Shown here: positions 31,088-40,722 of the stretch, piece by piece
Numbering within the stretch: position 1 is the first letter of the stretch
Layout of the letters: the number at the start of each line of letters is the position of its first letter
Source of the DNA: Syntrophales bacterium
GTDB lineage: Bacteria > Desulfobacterota > Syntrophia > Syntrophales > UBA2210
Direction: 5' to 3'
Length of the DNA stretch: 64,000 nt
Assembly (NCBI GenBank): GCA_963662405.2
Contig: CAXXKT010000001.1
Location: 2,144,001-2,208,000, forward strand
Notes under the pieces: model-generated
Told to the model about the DNA's origin: nothing
Seen by the model: the letters and a program-made list of their open reading frames with translations, nothing else
Database searches by the model: none
Program-made: the position numbers and the translations under genes

Positions 31088-33183
31088 TGGCGGATAATGA
31101 AACGACTGATCTGGCCCTTTTTGTCAGGACGTCGGGGGAAGATATCATCGGCTGGGATCGGCGGAAGATCGTCGATGCACTGATCCGTGAGGCGGGCGTG
31201 GATCTTGCCACCGCGGAGGAGATCAGCCGGGAGGTGGCCGAGCGGATTGCCTCGTCGGGGATCGATATCCTGACCTCCGCGCTAATCCGGGAGCTGGTGG
31301 ACGCGCGGTTGATCGAGCGGGGGATGAAAAAGGCAACGAAACTGCACGCCCGTCTGGGGTTTCCCCTCTATGACGTGGGGCAGATGATCCTGTACCGGAA
31401 CAAGGAAAACGCCAATATCCCCCACAGCCCGGAGGGGACGAACCTGACACTGGCCCAGGGGATCAAGAAGGAGTTTGCCATCCTCAATGTCTTTTCCGAG
31501 GATGTCGGATACGCCCACATGGGGGGAGATATCCATATCCACAACCTGGGGTATGTGGACCGGCCTTACTGCTCCTGCCAGTCCCTCGAGTACATCAAAA
31601 AATTCGGATTAAATCTCCCCAATGCCCTCGCCGTCGCTGTGCCGGCGCGGCACGCGGAGGTTCTCCTGTCGCACATGGTGCGGTTTGCCGCAGCCCTCCA
31701 GGGGACCGTTGCCGGGGCTATCGGATGGGACGCCGTCAATCTCTTCTTTGCCCCCTATCTGGAGTTGCTGTCGGACCGGGAACTCAAGCAACTCGCCCAG
31801 CGGCTGATCTATGAATTCGCCCAACAGGCCGTTGGAAGGGGAGGACAGACAATCTTCACCGATATACACCTCTACTGGGATGTCCCCCGTCATTTTCGGG
31901 ATGTCCCCGCCGTGGGGCCGGGAGGAGTGTATACGGGGAAGACATATGAAGCGTATGAAAAGGATGCGCAACGCTTTGCCCGTGCCCTCTTCGAGGCATA
32001 CCGGGGGGGAGATGCCATGGGGCGACCCTTTGTCTTCCCCCGGCCTTTCCTGCACATCACGGAGGAATTCTTTCGCACGCCGGGTCACGAGGAGTTTCTG
32101 GAGACCGTCTGCGGCGTCGCTGCCGAAAAGGGGAATCCCCACTTCATGTTCGATCGGGGTCCGCTCCTCAATCTGTCCGAGTGTCGCACCCTGGACATCA
32201 ACAGTGAGGAAGAGCGGGCGGATGTTCGCGAACCCTGGAAGATGCGCTATTTCGGTATCCAGAGCGTGTCGATCAATCTCCCGCGCCTGGGCTACAAGAC
32301 GGAAGGGGATGATTCCCGCCTCTTTTCGATGATCGACCATGCCATGGGGCTTGCGGCAAAGGCACACCTGCAAAAGCAGGCATGTATCGAACGGCTCCTG
32401 TCACACGGCGAGGAGGGACCCTTGTCTCTCCTGACGTTGCGGTACGACGGGATGCCGTACCTGCGGATGAACCGGTGTGCCTACCTGATGGGGATGATCG
32501 GTCTCAATGAACTGGTGTGGGCCCATACGGGACAGCAGCTCCATGAGTCGGAAGATGCCCGGGAGTGCGGGCGTCGCGTCGTCCGGCATATGAAGGATGT
32601 TGTCGACACACTGACGGTGAAGCACGGTATTCGGTTCATTCTGAACCAGTCACCCGCTGAGAGTACCCCCTACCGCCTGGCACGCCTCGATCTGAAACAC
32701 TTTTCGCCGACGGCGGGACACTTCGTACGAGGGGATATATCGAGAGGTGATCTCTACTATACCAATTCAACCCTGCTTTCGGAGTCATCCTCCACGGATC
32801 CCTTTGAACGAGCGGCGTTTGAGGGTCGTCTCCATCCCCTCATCGAAGGGCATGCCGCTACCTGCGTCTGGCTCGGGGACAGGAAGCCGGCGTCGGAATC
32901 ACTGGCCGCCTTTGTGACGAGGGTCTTCCGAGAGACCGAAAATCGCCAGGTGGTTTTCTCTCCGGAATTCACCTCCTGTCTCGATTGCGGCGAGACCTCT
33001 CGGGGAATGGCGAAGGTCTGCCCCTCGTGCGGTTCCGATCATGTGGAGGGGATTACCCGGGGGGCGGGGTATTTTTCCCGTGTATCGGATTGGAACCGGG
33101 GAAAACTGGCGGAACTGCGGGAGCGGAAAAAGCGGGGACGTGCCTTCGGTGATTTCGAAGGGACGGAAAAAATCGATACATGA
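31088..33183 (+). CDS. nrdD: Anaerobic (class III) ribonucleoside-triphosphate reductase with ATP cone, divergent
   Basis: ATP cone, GDIHIH, PYC, ECR, INLPR, PAES, YYTNS, CxxC..CxxC, RGAGY glycyl-radical loop, WNRGK. Confidence 0.88.
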
Positions 33184-33194
33184 CATAACTTTTC

Positions 33195-33223
33195 TTGACA
33201 GCTCTATCCTCCTGGTATATAAA
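33195..33223 (+). promoter_or_regulatory. Sigma70 promoter of the ilv operon
   Basis: TTGACA-17nt-TATAAA. Confidence 0.75.
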
Positions 33224-33241
33224 GCTCGCATCAAGGAAGAA

Positions 33242-33343
33242 ATGATGGAAAAGATTAAAACCGTGGATATCCAGATCGTCGCTGTAATTATCGGCATCCT
33301 TATAATTATCCCCTCTACATACGGGGGCTGGGTGATGGTTTAA
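33242..33343 (+). CDS. ilv operon leader peptide (attenuator)
   Basis: MMEKIKTVDIQIVAVIIGILIIIPSTYGGWVMV (9 Ile, 5 Val, 1 Leu); RBS aagga; lies between promoter and terminator. Confidence 0.78.
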   Translation: MMEKIKTVDIQIVAVIIGILIIIPSTYGGWVMV

Positions 33344-33366
33344 TCTTTTACATATGTCTGAAACTG

Positions 33367-33401
33367 AAAACCGTTGCCGGTCCCGGCAACGGTTTTTTTT
33401 T
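33367..33401 (+). terminator. Attenuator terminator upstream of ilvB
   Basis: aaaaccgttgccg-gtcc-cggcaacgg followed by T9. Confidence 0.88.
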
Positions 33402-33425
33402 ACTTTGATAAAAAGGAGGTGTGCG

Positions 33426-35129
33426 GTGGAACTGAGTGGAGCTGAAATATTGATACAATCATTGGTGGCGGAAGGGGTCGATACCATCTTCGGATATCCC
33501 GGTGGTTCCGTTCTCGATACCTATGACGAACTTTTTAAGTCATCGATCAAGCATATCCTAGTCCGGCACGAACAGGGCGCGGCCCACGCGGCGGACGGAT
33601 ATGCGCGATCATCGGGGAAGGTGGGGGTGTGTCTCGCAACCTCGGGTCCCGGCGCCACCAACACGGTCACGGGGATTGCCACGGCCTACATGGACTCGAT
33701 ACCGATGGTCATCCTGACGGGACAGGTCCAGACCCCCTTCATCGGCACCGACGCATTTCAAGAGGTTGACATCACGGGAATTACACGCCCCTGCACCAAA
33801 CACAACTTCCTGGTCAGGCGTGTCGACGAGCTGGCTAATACAATTCGGGAGGCATTTTACATCGCCCGTTCGGGACGTCCCGGTCCCGTTCTTGTCGACC
33901 TTCCGAAAGATGTCATGCAGGCCAAGACCGAGTATCGTGAACTGAAACCTCTGAGCACGGGAACTTCCGAGCCGGTCTATCTCCCCGACGCTGGGCAACT
34001 CGCCGAGACACTCGACCTGATCAGGAAGGCCCGGAAACCGGTTCTCCTTATCGGAGGAGGGATCCTTCACGGCCGGGCGACGGAAGAACTGACCGAATTC
34101 GCCCGCAAGGTCAACATACCCGTCACCTCGACCCTCATGGGGCTGGGGGCCTTTCCCGGTACCGATTCGCTCTGGATGGGGATGCTCGGGATGCACGGCA
34201 CCTATTACGCGAACATGGCCATCAGCCACTGCGATCTCCTCATCACGCTGGGGGTGCGTTTCTCCGATCGGGTGACCGGGAGGCTCGCCACCTTTGCATC
34301 GAACGCGACCATCGTCCAGATCGATATCGACGCCGCCTCGATCAACAAGAACGTCCTCGTTCACATTCCCATCGTGAGCGACTGCAAGTCCGCACTGGCC
34401 CAGCTGAACGCCATGCTGAACAAGAACGGCCTCGAACAGATCCGGGAAGGCCGTAAGGAATGGCTCGCAGAGATCGACGGGTGGAGGATCGAAGGACCGA
34501 TGGGATACTGTCAGGGGGATACGATCAAACCGCAGTGTGTCATCGAGACATTGTACAAGATGACCCAAGGGGACGCCATAGTGGCAACCGAGGTGGGGCA
34601 GAACCAGATGTGGACGGCCCAGTTTTTCCCCTTTGCCCGGCCGAATACGTTTCTCTCGTCAGGGGGACTCGGGACGATGGGGTACGGCTTCCCGGCAGCC
34701 ATCGGTGCCCAGGTCGCCTTTCCTGACAGGCTGGTCGTTGATATCGCCGGGGACGGGAGCATCCAGATGAATATCCAGGAGCTTGCCACGGCCGTCAACT
34801 ACAAGCTGCCCGTGAAGATCGTGATCCTCAACAACGGCTATCTCGGGATGGTGCGCCAGTGGCAGGAACTCTTTTATGGAAAGAGATACTCCCATACCGA
34901 TATCGGCGGCCAGGTCCCCGATTTTGTGAAGCTTGCCGAGGCGTACGGCGCCGTGGGTCTGCGAGCCACAAAACCGGAGGAGGTTGAGGCGGTTCTCGCC
35001 AAAGGGTTGGGACACCCCGGACCGGTTGTGATGGACTTCGTGGTCGAGGCGGAGGAGGGAGTCTATCCCATGGTGAACCCCGGCGCCTCGCTGTCGGATA
35101 TGAAGCTGAGCGGCGGGATCGGTATGTAA
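33426..35129 (+). CDS. ilvB: Acetolactate synthase large subunit
   Basis: FGYPGG, RHEQGA, TSGPGATN, GDGSIQMN, MVRQWQ; RBS aggagg + GTG. Confidence 0.96.
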   Translation: MELSGAEILIQSLVAEGVDTIFGYPGGSVLDTYDELFKSSIKHILVRHEQGAAHAADGYARSSGKVGVCLATSGPGATNTVTGIATAYMDSIPMVILTGQVQTPFIGTDAFQEVDITGITRPCTKHNFLVRRVDELANTIREAFYIARSGRPGPVLVDLPKDVMQAKTEYRELKPLSTGTSEPVYLPDAGQLAETLDLIRKARKPVLLIGGGILHGRATEELTEFARKVNIPVTSTLMGLGAFPGTDSLWMGMLGMHGTYYANMAISHCDLLITLGVRFSDRVTGRLATFASNATIVQIDIDAASINKNVLVHIPIVSDCKSALAQLNAMLNKNGLEQIREGRKEWLAEIDGWRIEGPMGYCQGDTIKPQCVIETLYKMTQGDAIVATEVGQNQMWTAQFFPFARPNTFLSSGGLGTMGYGFPAAIGAQVAFPDRLVVDIAGDGSIQMNIQELATAVNYKLPVKIVILNNGYLGMVRQWQELFYGKRYSHTDIGGQVPDFVKLAEAYGAVGLRATKPEEVEAVLAKGLGHPGPVVMDFVVEAEEGVYPMVNPGASLSDMKLSGGIGM

Positions 35130-35146
35130 GAGAAGAGGGGGCTGTG

Positions 35147-35160
35147 CCCCCCCCCCCCCC
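35147..35160 (+). repeat. Poly-C14 homopolymer in the ilvB-ilvN spacer
   Basis: Direct reading of the sequence. Confidence 0.8.
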
Positions 35161-35192
35161 GATACGATAACAGGAGAAAGGAATGAGATGTC

Positions 35193-35657
35193 ATGGAGGT
35201 ACGGGAACACACAATTTCACTACTGGTTCACAATAAACCGGATGTCCTCGCCCGAATCGCGGGGACGTTCAGCGGCCGCGGGTACAATATCGAGAACATC
35301 AGCGCCAACGTGACGATGGACCCTGCGATCACGAAAATCACGATCGTTACGAAAGGGAATTCGGCAACCGTTGTCCAGATCGAGAAACAGATCTCCAAGC
35401 TGGTGGATGTCATAAAGGCATTCCACGTGAAGAGCCGGGCGGCGATACAGAGGGAGATGGCCCTTGCCCGTCTGGAAGGAGACCGGGGGGGGATTATGCA
35501 GGCCGCCGAGACACTCGGCTGCAGGGTCCTGAAGGAAGAAGACGATCATGTCATTCTCGAAGTGACGGGGACCAAGAAAGAGGTCGATCAGGCGTTGACC
35601 TCCCTTGAAACCCTTGGTATGAAAGACGTGAGTAGATCGGGCATTGTTGCCTTATAA
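35193..35657 (+). CDS. ilvN: Acetolactate synthase small subunit
   Basis: ACT domain NKPDVLARIAGTFSGRGYNI; KLVDV. Confidence 0.93.
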   Translation: MEVREHTISLLVHNKPDVLARIAGTFSGRGYNIENISANVTMDPAITKITIVTKGNSATVVQIEKQISKLVDVIKAFHVKSRAAIQREMALARLEGDRGGIMQAAETLGCRVLKEEDDHVILEVTGTKKEVDQALTSLETLGMKDVSRSGIVAL

Positions 35658-35684
35658 CTTGAACATAATAGAAGGAGAAAAGAA

Positions 35685-36743
35685 ATGGCAAAAATGAAAG
35701 TTGGCGATGTTGTAGAAGAGGTGATCACGGATGAAGAATTTTCCCTGGAGAAGGCTCGTGAGGTCCTGAAGGATGAGACGATCGCGATCCTCGGGTACGG
35801 CGTGCAGGGGCCGGGACAGGGCCTCAACATGGTTGACAACGGCTTCAAGGTAATTGTTGGTCAGCGTGAGAGCGAAAAAGAGTACTGGGACAAGGCCGTC
35901 GCCGACGGATTCGTCCCCGGTGAGAGCCTCTTCTCGATCGAAGAGGCGACGAAGCGCGGAACGATCGTCATGATGCTCCTCTCCGATGCCGGACAGAAGG
36001 CGGTATGGCCCACGATCAAGCCGCACATGACCGAAGGAAAGGCGCTCTACTTCTCTCACGGATTTTCCATTGTGTACAAGGAACAGACCGGTATTGTCCC
36101 GCCCGAGAATATCGACGTTATCCTGGTTGCCCCGAAGGGATCGGGACTGACGGTCCGGAGAAACTTTCTCGACGGGAGCGGGATCAATTCCAGCATGGCC
36201 GTCTTCCAGGATGCGACAGGGCGTGCCTTTGATCGAACCTGTGCGATCGGCATCGCCGTTGGGTCAGGATATCTTTTCCCCACGACCTTCGAAAAAGAGG
36301 TCTACAGCGACCTGACCGGGGAGCGGGGGGTCCTCATGGGATGTCTGGCGGGTGTCATGGAGGCCCAGTACAATTGTCTCCGGAAAAACGGCCACGACCC
36401 CAGCGAGGCCTTCAACGAGACAGTGGAGGAATTGACCCAGAGCCTGATCCGCCTGGTCGCGGAGAACGGAATGGACTGGATGTACGTGAACTGCAGCACC
36501 ACGGCGCAGCGCGGCGCCCTCGACTGGAAAGGCCGGTTCCGCGACGCCGTCGTCCCTCTCTTCGACGAGTTATATGAAAGTGTCACGTCCGGTAAAGAGA
36601 CGGCGATTGTCCTCGAGGCAAACAGTGCTCCCGATTATTACGTAAAGCTCCAGAAGGAGCTGGACGAGATCAAGAATATGGAGATGTGGCGAGCAGGCGC
36701 GGTACTCCGTGAACTCAGGCCCGAGCGGCGAAAGAAGAAATAG
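35685..36743 (+). CDS. ilvC: Ketol-acid reductoisomerase
   Basis: GYGVQG, LLSD, SHGF, APKG, TTFEKEVYSDLTGERG, CSTTAQRG. Confidence 0.95.
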   Translation: MAKMKVGDVVEEVITDEEFSLEKAREVLKDETIAILGYGVQGPGQGLNMVDNGFKVIVGQRESEKEYWDKAVADGFVPGESLFSIEEATKRGTIVMMLLSDAGQKAVWPTIKPHMTEGKALYFSHGFSIVYKEQTGIVPPENIDVILVAPKGSGLTVRRNFLDGSGINSSMAVFQDATGRAFDRTCAIGIAVGSGYLFPTTFEKEVYSDLTGERGVLMGCLAGVMEAQYNCLRKNGHDPSEAFNETVEELTQSLIRLVAENGMDWMYVNCSTTAQRGALDWKGRFRDAVVPLFDELYESVTSGKETAIVLEANSAPDYYVKLQKELDEIKNMEMWRAGAVLRELRPERRKKK

Positions 36744-36769
36744 CGGTGTGAACGGGAAAGGGGAATTCT

Positions 36770-38431
36770 ATGCGAAGCGACTTGATGACCAAGGGGCTGG
36801 AACGCGCGCCCCATAGATCATTGTACAAAGCGATGGGATACACGGACGAGGAACTCGCCCGCCCGATGATCGGCGTGGTGAATTCGGCCAACGAGATTAT
36901 CCCCGGCCACGTCCATCTCGATACCATCACGGAGGATGTCAAGGCGGGAATTCGGATGGCGGGGGGTACCCCCGTCACCTTTCCCACGATCGGCGTCTGC
37001 GACGGGATCGCCATGGGACACCCGGGGATGAAATACTCGCTGGCGAGCCGGGAGCTGATCGCCGATTCGATCGAAATCATGGCGACGGCCCACCCCTTCG
37101 ACGGACTCGTCCTCGTCACCAACTGCGATAAGATCGTGCCGGGGATGCTGATGGCGGCCCTTCGCATCAATATCCCCGCCGTCGTTATCAGCGGCGGACC
37201 CATGATGGCCGGGATCCATGACGGGCAGAGCGTCGACCTGATCAACGTCTTCGAGGGGGTGGGACGGGTCAAATCGGGGACGATGACGCAGCAGGAGTTG
37301 GATGAACTGGAAAACTGTGCCTGTCCCGGCTGCGGGTCCTGCGCGGGTATGTTCACCGCCAATTCGATGAACTGTGTGACGGAGGCGCTGGGGCTCGGTC
37401 TCCCCGGAAACGGGACCATCCCCGCGGTAAGCGCCGCGCGGAGACGCCTCGCCAAAGAGGCGGGGATGCAGGTCATGGCGCTGGTGAAAAAGGATATCAA
37501 GCCCCGCGACATCGCGACGCTCGAAGCCTTCGAGAACGCCATCGCCGTCGATATGGCCCTGGGATGCTCGACCAACACGGTCCTCCACATCCCGGCGGTC
37601 GCCCACGAGGCGGGGATTATACTCGATCTCGATCTCTTCAACGCCATCAGTAAGAAGACGGCAAACATCTGTTACCTGAGCCCCGCCGGTCCTCACCATA
37701 TTCAGGACCTCAATGAAGCTGGTGGGATCCAGGCGGTGATGAAGGAGATCGGCAAACTGGGGGTTATCAATGACGACTGCATGACCGTGACAGGGAAGAC
37801 GGTGAAGGAGAATCTCACTGTGGCTTCCGTCAAGGACAGGGATGTTATCAAATCGGTGGAAGCCCCGTACAATAAGGAGGGTGGGATCGCCATCCTCCGC
37901 GGGAATCTGGCTCCCGACGGCGGTGTGGTCAAACAGTCCGCCGTCGCCCCCGACATGATGGTCAACGAGGGACGAGCCCGCGTCTTCGATTCGGAGGATG
38001 ACGCGATTGAAGCGATCCTCGGGGGAAAAATCAAAGGCGGTGATGTCGTCGTGATCCGGTACGAAGGTCCCAAGGGAGGTCCGGGAATGCGTGAGATGCT
38101 TGCACCCACTTCCGCCATCGTTGGGATGGGGCTCGACAAGTCCGTCGCCCTCCTGACGGACGGACGGTTCAGCGGCGGGACACGCGGTGCCGCCATCGGA
38201 CACATCTCCCCCGAAGCGGCCGAAGGAGGACCCATCGGCCTCATCAACGAAGGGGATACCATTGTTATCGATATCCCGAACAAACGGATCGAACTGAAGG
38301 TCGACGAGCAGGAACTGGCGGAGCGCAAAAAGGTCTTTGTGCCGAAGGAACCCCTCATTAAGACGGGATACCTCGGGCGGTACGCGCGGATGGTCACGTC
38401 GGCCAGCACGGGTGCGATTTTCAAAGACTGA
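36770..38431 (+). CDS. ilvD: Dihydroxy-acid dehydratase
   Basis: [37 protein letters not shown]. Confidence 0.97.
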   Translation: MRSDLMTKGLERAPHRSLYKAMGYTDEELARPMIGVVNSANEIIPGHVHLDTITEDVKAGIRMAGGTPVTFPTIGVCDGIAMGHPGMKYSLASRELIADSIEIMATAHPFDGLVLVTNCDKIVPGMLMAALRINIPAVVISGGPMMAGIHDGQSVDLINVFEGVGRVKSGTMTQQELDELENCACPGCGSCAGMFTANSMNCVTEALGLGLPGNGTIPAVSAARRRLAKEAGMQVMALVKKDIKPRDIATLEAFENAIAVDMALGCSTNTVLHIPAVAHEAGIILDLDLFNAISKKTANICYLSPAGPHHIQDLNEAGGIQAVMKEIGKLGVINDDCMTVTGKTVKENLTVASVKDRDVIKSVEAPYNKEGGIAILRGNLAPDGGVVKQSAVAPDMMVNEGRARVFDSEDDAIEAILGGKIKGGDVVVIRYEGPKGGPGMREMLAPTSAIVGMGLDKSVALLTDGRFSGGTRGAAIGHISPEAAEGGPIGLINEGDTIVIDIPNKRIELKVDEQELAERKKVFVPKEPLIKTGYLGRYARMVTSASTGAIFKD

Positions 38432-38459
38432 CACGTCGCCACACGGGCATACCATTTTC

Positions 38460-38493
38460 AGAGAGCCTTCCCCGCGGGGAAGACTCTCTTTTT
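38460..38493 (+). terminator. Intrinsic terminator after ilvD
   Basis: agagagccttcccc-gc-ggggaagactctct hairpin followed by T tract. Confidence 0.75.
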
Positions 38494-38512
38494 ATTTTCA
38501 TTATTTCCCTCC

Positions 38513-38563
38513 TGTCAAGATATGGTATTGATTCTTGACAATAACCACAAGATGTTGTATGAA
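38513..38563 (+). promoter_or_regulatory. Tandem NrdR-box-like operators flanking a TTGACA -35 element
   Basis: tgtCAAGATATGGtat (38513-38528) and ccaCAAGATGTTGtat (38545-38560), 32 nt apart; TTGACA at 38535-38540. Confidence 0.62.
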
Positions 38564-38683
38564 TTCGCAAATTGTTCCTTGATTTGGTTCGATTTTTCTC
38601 AGAGGGATGCGTTACATGTCGCTGGTTGTTTCGTTAATTATTGATAGAACCGTCTGATATCGTTGTGAAAATGAGAACGAGGC

Positions 38684-39481
38684 ATGAACAGAAGAGACTT
38701 CTTGTGTAAGAGCGCCTCCGTGATTGCGGGAAGCCTGTTCGGTATAACCGGGGTTTCGACGGCATGTGCCTTTACGGGAGAAGAAACGTGTCCCCTCCTT
38801 CGTCTCAGGGTGGTCTCCCGGCCGCAGATAGCCCTCATCATCGACGATATCGGGTACAGTATTCCCTGCGCCCGGTGGTTCCTCGATCTGAATATCCCCA
38901 TCACCTTTTCCATCCTCCCGCGGGTTCCCTTCTCGCGGGAACTGGCGCATGAGATCGCCGATCACGGGCATGACATAATGCTGCACCAACCCATGGAGCC
39001 GTACAACTCTCGACTTGATCCGGGACCGGGCGCCCTATACGAGGGGGATGACCTATCCCGTATCAACGGCGTTATTGAAGATAACATCGCGAACATACCC
39101 GGTGCGATCGGGGTGAACAACCACATGGGTTCACGTTTTACCGAGTGTCAGCCTGAGATCCACGAAGCCCTGCGGGTCATCAAGCGAAATGACCTCTTCT
39201 TTGTCGACAGCAGAACGTCTCTTCGTTCCAAGGCATATAGGACCGCACGGAACCTGCATTTGACGGCCGATCGACGAAACGTCTTCCTCGATACCGTCCG
39301 GAGCGAATCGGCCATTCTCTGTCGACTCAATCAGCTGAAGCAATGCGCGTACCGATACGGACACGCAATCGGAATCGGCCATCCCTTTCCTGAGACGGCC
39401 CGGGCGATTGAATGTTTCCTTCGGGATCCAGCCGTATCCGATATTCCTTTTGTCCATATGTCGAAGATTATGTACACTTGA
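38684..39481 (+). CDS. Divergent polysaccharide deacetylase (YibQ-like) with Tat-like signal
   Basis: MNRRDFL; IIDDIG, LHQPMEP, NNHMGS, FVDSRT, VFLD, IGIGHP. Confidence 0.9.
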   Translation: MNRRDFLCKSASVIAGSLFGITGVSTACAFTGEETCPLLRLRVVSRPQIALIIDDIGYSIPCARWFLDLNIPITFSILPRVPFSRELAHEIADHGHDIMLHQPMEPYNSRLDPGPGALYEGDDLSRINGVIEDNIANIPGAIGVNNHMGSRFTECQPEIHEALRVIKRNDLFFVDSRTSLRSKAYRTARNLHLTADRRNVFLDTVRSESAILCRLNQLKQCAYRYGHAIGIGHPFPETARAIECFLRDPAVSDIPFVHMSKIMYT

Positions 39482-39917
39482 TTTCTATCGTCATTGTTGG
39501 ATTTGGTTGAGATTCCCAATTCCGTTTCCGAAAATATAGTCAGTCTCCCTCATATCAAAAACCAAGTGTAAGGTGCTGCGGCGTACGGTGACGCGTCAAA
39601 TCGGCGTCTTTCTGGAATTCCTGCGATCTCCCGAAGTGCGGAAGGTGTGGTACTGAAATCTTCCGTGCCATTTTGATGCCGTGATCCTGCGGTTGTTTCG
39701 CCGGCACTATTCATTGAGGGGCGGAGTCGATTTTCCTCCGTTTGCATGACTTTTGACACTTATCGATTATTCCTTCCACCAAGAAGCCATTCCAGACCTT
39801 CACGTAACAATCTATATTTAAAGCGTAAATCGGGTCGTTTTGTGAAATTGTCGTCTGCGAACACATTTTCACAATTCCGGCACATTTCCGCTTGACTTTT
39901 GTTTTCCATACTGTATA

Positions 39918-39927
39918 TTGTCGACAA
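39918..39927. promoter_or_regulatory. Palindromic GntR/FadR-type operator TTGTCGACAA overlapping a putative -10
   Basis: Perfect palindrome next to TTGACT(39892)-16nt-TATATT, upstream of the GntR gene. Confidence 0.55.
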
Positions 39928-39952
39928 AAGACTAAAGATATGGAAAGGGCCT

Positions 39953-40657
39953 ATGGATAAACTGATGATAGAAGTAAAGGGTGTCACCAGAAGCGCGGTT
40001 GAGCATCTGAGGCTGCTCATCATTGAGGGAACGCTTGAACCGGGTCAAAAATTAAATGAAGTGGAGCTATCCACCCGTCTTGGCGTCAGCCGTTCTCCCT
40101 TACGAGAGGCATTTCGGATTCTGGAAGGCGAAAAGCTGATAAACAATATTCCGAGAAGAGGGTGCTATGTAAGTCGGTTGTCCATAGATGACTGTCGTCA
40201 GATCTATGCGGTCAGAGAATTAATTGAATGCAGTGCCATTGACCACCTCAAGGAACAAAATATTCGCGATGTGAGCATGCTGTCTGAGGCACTTGTCCTC
40301 ACCGATGCGCAGCAGAGTATACCCACTGATGATAGTAAGGTGGTTGAACTCGGGTCCCGGAACCCTTTCCCGTACTTTCATATCAAGCTGGTAGAATCAT
40401 CACGTAATGAGTGGTTGGTTCGTTATTATCAGACCATTGTTCCTACACTAGCCCGATATCAGTACGTTTGTTATGTCCCCGAAATCTTAGTAAAGGCTCA
40501 AGATGACCATAAACAGATCTGCCTCTCGATAGAAGCAGGCGACCATGATGCGGCTAAGCAAATCTTGAAAACTCACCTGGCATGGTATGTGGCGTTTCTC
40601 AAACAGACGTTGGAAGCGGAAGAATCCAAATGGAATCCCGACCTACTGTCTGATTAA
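39953..40657 (+). CDS. GntR (FadR/FCD) family transcriptional regulator
   Basis: LEPGQKLNE..LGVSRSPLREA..LE wHTH; FH...DH FCD motifs. Confidence 0.92.
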   Translation: MDKLMIEVKGVTRSAVEHLRLLIIEGTLEPGQKLNEVELSTRLGVSRSPLREAFRILEGEKLINNIPRRGCYVSRLSIDDCRQIYAVRELIECSAIDHLKEQNIRDVSMLSEALVLTDAQQSIPTDDSKVVELGSRNPFPYFHIKLVESSRNEWLVRYYQTIVPTLARYQYVCYVPEILVKAQDDHKQICLSIEAGDHDAAKQILKTHLAWYVAFLKQTLEAEESKWNPDLLSD

Positions 40658-40722
40658 TATGTCACAGCATAATTTTATGTTGGATTTACAAGAAAATATC
40701 TCGAAAGGGAGGCACAAGTAGA

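Noticed and set aside
39550..39759. Short minus-strand frames at the island left edge, one faintly like a REP-associated transposase N-terminus (MARKISVPHLPH)
   Set aside because: Similarity too weak; no HUH motif visible
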